Of a stretch of DNA of 64,000 bases, positions 59,763 to 64,000 are shown piece after piece. The translations under genes were made by a program, and so were the position numbers. The number at the start of each line of letters is the position of its first letter. Position 1 is the stretch's first letter. The notes below the pieces were generated by a model. The model made no database searches. It was given only the letters and a program-made list of their open reading frames with translations, and was not told the DNA's origin. The stretch lies in the NCBI GenBank assembly GCA_002269645.1, contig NIVC01001478.1, positions 1 to 64,000 of the forward strand, written 5' to 3'. This DNA comes from Macrostomum lignano (lineage: Eukaryota).

Positions 59763-61715
59763 TCAATTATAACTGGCGCTCCGAGAACGGCGCGCACCGC
59801 AAGCTGCAGAAGAAGAAATTGCAGCTGGAGACGCGATGCAGTTGCCGCTGTCGCAGCCGGTTGAACTGCTTCGCCGATTGGCTCCGGAAGAAGCTGAGGA
59901 CGTCGGCGAGCTGCGACTGCAGCTGTGCAATTGCCTCCGTCTGGCATTGTTGGAAGAGTTGACGCCGCCGCTAGGCCTCGAGGAGGCGCTGGTCACGGGC
60001 GCCGCGGGTATGACAATGTCCTGCGACAGCCGCTCGTCATTGTTCTTGCCCGAACCGCCAGAACTGCCGGTTTTACGCCTGGAATTGGTCGAATACCTTG
60101 GCGGTATGAATTTCTTCTTCTGCATTTTCAGCCGCATCACAACGGCCACGACGGCTATGGAGAGGGCGAACAGCAGGCTGAGGGTCACCGCTAGGCTGAT
60201 TATGGCTTCCCTGCTCAGGGCACCTCCGTCGCTCTCTGTTGGCCTGCCACTGCTCATTGTCAGAATCTCATCCTGCGGAGGTTGCGTGAAGGAGAGAGAT
60301 TGGCCTTTGTCTGATTGGGTGCAGCACCTACGGAGCGAGTGTACTGGGTTGATGAAGTGATTCATGAGTGAGTGAGCGAGCTCACTTTTATGAGTGAGTT
60401 CATGACTAAATTCATGCGTGAATTAATGACTAAATTCATGAGTGAATTCATGACTAAATTCATGAGTGAGTTCATGACTAAATTCATGAGTGAGTTCATG
60501 ACTAAATTCATGAGTGAGTTCATGACTAAATTCATGAGTGAGTTCATGACTAAATTCATGAGTGAATTCATGACTAAATTCATGCGTGAATTCATGACTA
60601 AATTCATGAGTGAGTTCATGACTAAATTCATGAGTGAGTTCATGACTAAATTCATGAGTGAGTTCATGAGTGAGTTCATGAGTGAGTTCATAACTAAATT
60701 CATGAGTGAGTTCATGACTAAATTCATGAGTGAGTTCATGACTAAATTCATGAGTGAGTTCATGACTAAATTCATGAGTGAGTTCATGACTAAATTCATG
60801 AGTGAATTCATGACTAAATTCATGCGTGAATTCATGACTAAATTCATGAGTGAGTTCATGACTAAATTCATGAGTGAGTTCATGAGTGAGTTCATGACTA
60901 AATTCATGAGTGAGTTCATGACTAAATTCATGAGTGAGTTCATGACTAAATTCATGAGTGAGTTCATGACTAAATTCATGAGTGAGTTCATGACTAAATT
61001 CATGAGTGAATTCATGACTAAATTCATGCGTGAATTCATGACTAAATTCATGAGTGAGTTCATGAATGAGTTCATGAGTGAGTTCATGACTAAATTCATG
61101 AGTGAGTTCATGACTAAATTCATGAGTGAGTTCATGACTAAATTCATGAGTGAGTTCATGACTAAATTCATGAGTGAGTTCATGAGTGAGTTCATGAGTG
61201 AGTTCATGACTAAATTCATGAGTGAGTTCATGACTAAATTCATGAGTGAGTTCATGAGTGAGTTCATGAGTGAGTTCATGAGTGAGTTCATGAGTGAGTT
61301 CATGAGTGAGTTCATGAGTGAGTTCATGAGTGAGTTCATGAGTGAGTTCATGAATGAGTTCATGAGTGAGTTCATGAATGAGTTCATGAGTGAGTTCATG
61401 ACTAAATTCATGAGTGAGTTCATGAGTGAGTTCATGAGTGAGTTCATGACTAAATTCATGAGTGAGTTCATGACTAAATTCATGAGTGAGTTCATAACTA
61501 AATTCATGAGTGAGTTCATGAGTAAGTTCATGAGTGAGTTCATGAGTGAGTTCATGAGTGAGTTCATGATATACAAGGTGAGCGAGTGAGGAGCCAAAAC
61601 GTGAGCATTTCCTTTCATCTGTAGATTTGAGTTCACGCCGGTCTTACATGCAATGAAAAGAGCAACGAGCATTAGGCCCTGCAGTCCTTACCAAAGTTTT
61701 ATTTCGCGGTGCCAT
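59763..61715 (-). CDS. Orphan single-pass membrane protein (about 177 aa)
   Basis: GC-rich exon 60272-59763 with a CAG acceptor encodes a hydrophobic helix AIISLAVTLSLLFALSIAVVAVVM, then basic RLKMQKKK and a Ser/Gly/Arg-rich tail. A tentative first exon 61715-61692 (MAPRNKTL, donor GTAAGG, phase 0) would join in frame; otherwise the start is ATG at 60257. Confidence 0.6.
60390..61570. repeat. 12/24-bp satellite TTCATGAGTGAG / TTCATGACTAAA
   Basis: About 98 12-mers; explains the MSEF and MNSL ORFs on both strands. Confidence 0.96.
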
Positions 61716-62009
61716 GCAAGTAAGCCGTTTCTTCGGCCAATTGGGTCATCAGTGTCGGTAGTGGGCCTTGCTGCGCTCAAGATAAAATGTCTCGGCTTGT
61801 TAGTATAAATTGCTGCACTTTTTGCGATTCTCAGTTCGGGTGGTTTAATAAATTAACTGGTGTTCTCTCAATTGATTAGCAGGTATGCAGCCGCGGCAGC
61901 TGCAGGTTCGTCTATGGTACTCATCGAATCAACTTAGCTCGTAGTTTAGATTAAAATGTCAACAACGTAAACACGAGAATAAGTGCAAAATATCAGCAAT
62001 CCCCTATGT

Positions 62010-62011
62010 AG

Positions 62012-62069
<58 letters not shown>

Positions 62070-62079
62070 GACTAACTAG

Positions 62080-62126
<47 letters not shown>

Positions 62127-62127
62127 G

Positions 62128-62201
<74 letters not shown>

Positions 62202-62211
62202 GACTAACTAG

Positions 62212-62246
<35 letters not shown>

Positions 62247-62247
62247 G

Positions 62248-62282
<35 letters not shown>

Positions 62283-62395
62283 GCTAACTAACTAACTAAC
62301 TAGCTAACTGGTTAACTAACTAACTAGCTAACTAACTAACTAACTAACTAGCTAACTAACTAACTAACTGACTAACTAACTAACTAACTAACTAG

Positions 62396-62426
<31 letters not shown>

Positions 62427-62445
62427 GCTAGCTAGCTGACTGACT
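62010..62445. repeat. (TAAC)n microsatellite
   Basis: More than 100 copies with occasional TAGC and TGAC variants. Confidence 0.97.
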
Positions 62446-62726
62446 AATTATGTTGATCGGGAGTGAGTCTTGAATGCATTAAGAGTGACGAGAGTGCATC
62501 GAAAAGGAAATATTGAGATTTTCACCCCTATCACCCATAGACATTTTGTGCAATAAGGATATTTTCGACCGAGACAAGTATAGAGGTCATGAGAAGTCAA
62601 TTCATAAGCGGACCAAGTTTCTGGGCACGCGAGGCAACATCAACGCGGGTCCGGGACGATATTAAAGCAACACGGCAGTGCCAACAAGAGCATCACGGAG
62701 TCAGCTAGTCCGGCACTCACTGCAGC

Positions 62727-63025
62727 ATGGCCTGCTACAAGGCTGCTAACCTCCGCCTGCCCTGTTGTCCGGACTTTCGCAACTTGTCGCCCGGTCACGT
62801 GGCCGGCTGTCACGAACGAACTTCGACCGAGCAGCTTCAGCAACTGCAGGAGCAGCAGCAGCAGCATTGCAAGCGGTGCAGGAAATACCTGCGACTGCTG
62901 ATGGCGCTCAAACAGCAGCGGGCGTCAATCAGCTCCTGTTGTTGCTGCCGCGAGGAGCAGCTGGCGCAGAAGCAGCAAAAGGCGGAGCTGAAGCAGGCGC
63001 AAGCTGGAGACGAATCAGACCACAA

Positions 63026-63061
<36 letters not shown>

Positions 63062-63098
63062 GTCTGGCGAAAGTGGCCACTCGTGCGTTTTGATGTGA
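62727..63098 (+). CDS. Putative small Cys/Gln-rich protein ending in a CaaX box (CVLM)
   Basis: GC-rich 123-codon ORF, ATG in GCAGCATGG context, in-frame stop at 62706, CAG-encoded polyQ as in the real exons of this window, and a terminal SGHSCVLM-stop. It could instead be the last exon of a longer gene. Confidence 0.5.
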
Positions 63099-63719
63099 CC
63101 GCCCGACCACAGCACCGCCGCCTTGTACGCCGCCTCCCTTCGGGCAAATACAAAAGACTAAGTCTCCCCTGCAAGCCAGCTGGCATCTTCAATGTGCCAA
63201 CGATCGGCATCAACCTTTTTGGGGGCATAATTTTTCTTCCTGATAAAATAATTTTGTCTCAATTGTCTCTTGCGCACGTCAATTGTCTTCAATTTGGCGA
63301 TGTCAGCAGCAGCATGTAGCGTCTGGGTTATGCAGACTCATATTTTCAGTTAATTTTTTGCTTTCCCCACCTCAGACACGCCAGAGGTCTCCACCAGCTG
63401 ATTGCCCAAGCAGTCAGCCTAGTTTTGCATTTTAAACTCCTTTCCCGTACATTGCAAAGTCAGTCAAAATAGACAGGTATAAATTCCACAGCATTTCCTT
63501 AATGAAACTCTTCGTATGCATTCGATGGCGTCGCCGGAGTTAATATTTTATTGATGAAAGTTCTTCGATGCCTACTAGCAGTACCATTGTGCGTAAAATG
63601 CTAGAACTTCTAATGAAATTTAAAATAGAATGAATCGATGTCATGCTGGGAATGAATCAAATCCGATTCATTCCAATAAAAATGTTGCCAATCAGGCCCA
63701 CAGCGATAAAGGAATAGAA

Positions 63720-64000
63720 TGCATTGCTAATCTAGCTCACAGCACCCAAGTAATAGAATGGATTGCTAATCTAGCTCACAGCACCCAAGTAATAGAATGG
63801 ATTGCTAATCTAGCTCACAGCACCCAAGTAATAGAATGGATTGCTAATCTAGCTCACATCACCCAAGTAATAGAATGGATTGCTAATCTAGCTCACAGCA
63901 CCCAAGTAATAGAATGGATTGCTAATCTAGCTCACATCACCCAAGTAATAGAATGGATTGCTAATCTAGCTCACAGCACCCATGTAATAGAATGGATTGC
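63720..64000. repeat. 39-bp tandem repeat running off the window end
   Basis: GATTGCTAATCTAGCTCACAGCACCCAAGTAATAGAATG repeated about 7 times. Confidence 0.95.

Noticed and set aside
60362-61672. 405 aa and 436 aa ORFs on both strands
   Set aside because: Product of the 12-bp satellite (unit divisible by 3); no unique coding sequence.

Overview
Eukaryotic (animal) genomic DNA with GC-rich spliced exons, CAG-derived polyQ/polyA tracts and introns filled with minisatellites. This style suggests a free-living flatworm such as Macrostomum, which is an inference not checked by search. Five conserved genes can be rebuilt exon by exon: a Schnurri/HIVEP zinc-finger factor (+, 31-6351), pyruvate kinase (-, 9486-13102), an RS-rich hnRNP F/H-type qRRM protein (-, 16228-19270), CHID1/SI-CLP (+, 35923-40235) and Sestrin (+, 43512-50747). 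Two small orphan ORFs lie near 60-63 kb: a single-pass membrane protein and a CaaX-ending protein. The 20-35 kb gene desert is a transposon graveyard. It holds a broken Merlin/IS1016-type DDE transposase split by a long-TIR MITE with an 8-bp target duplication, an array of nested palindromes around that transposase, two inverted hAT-like MITEs and a 1.3-kb TIR element with a 7-bp duplication. A tRNA-derived SINE lies upstream of pyruvate kinase. Most very long ORFs in the ORF track are translations of tandem repeats. No CRISPR array, rRNA or intact tRNA was found. The best leads are the Merlin-associated palindrome cassette and an apparent two-N-terminus arrangement of Sestrin that parallels vertebrate SESN1.
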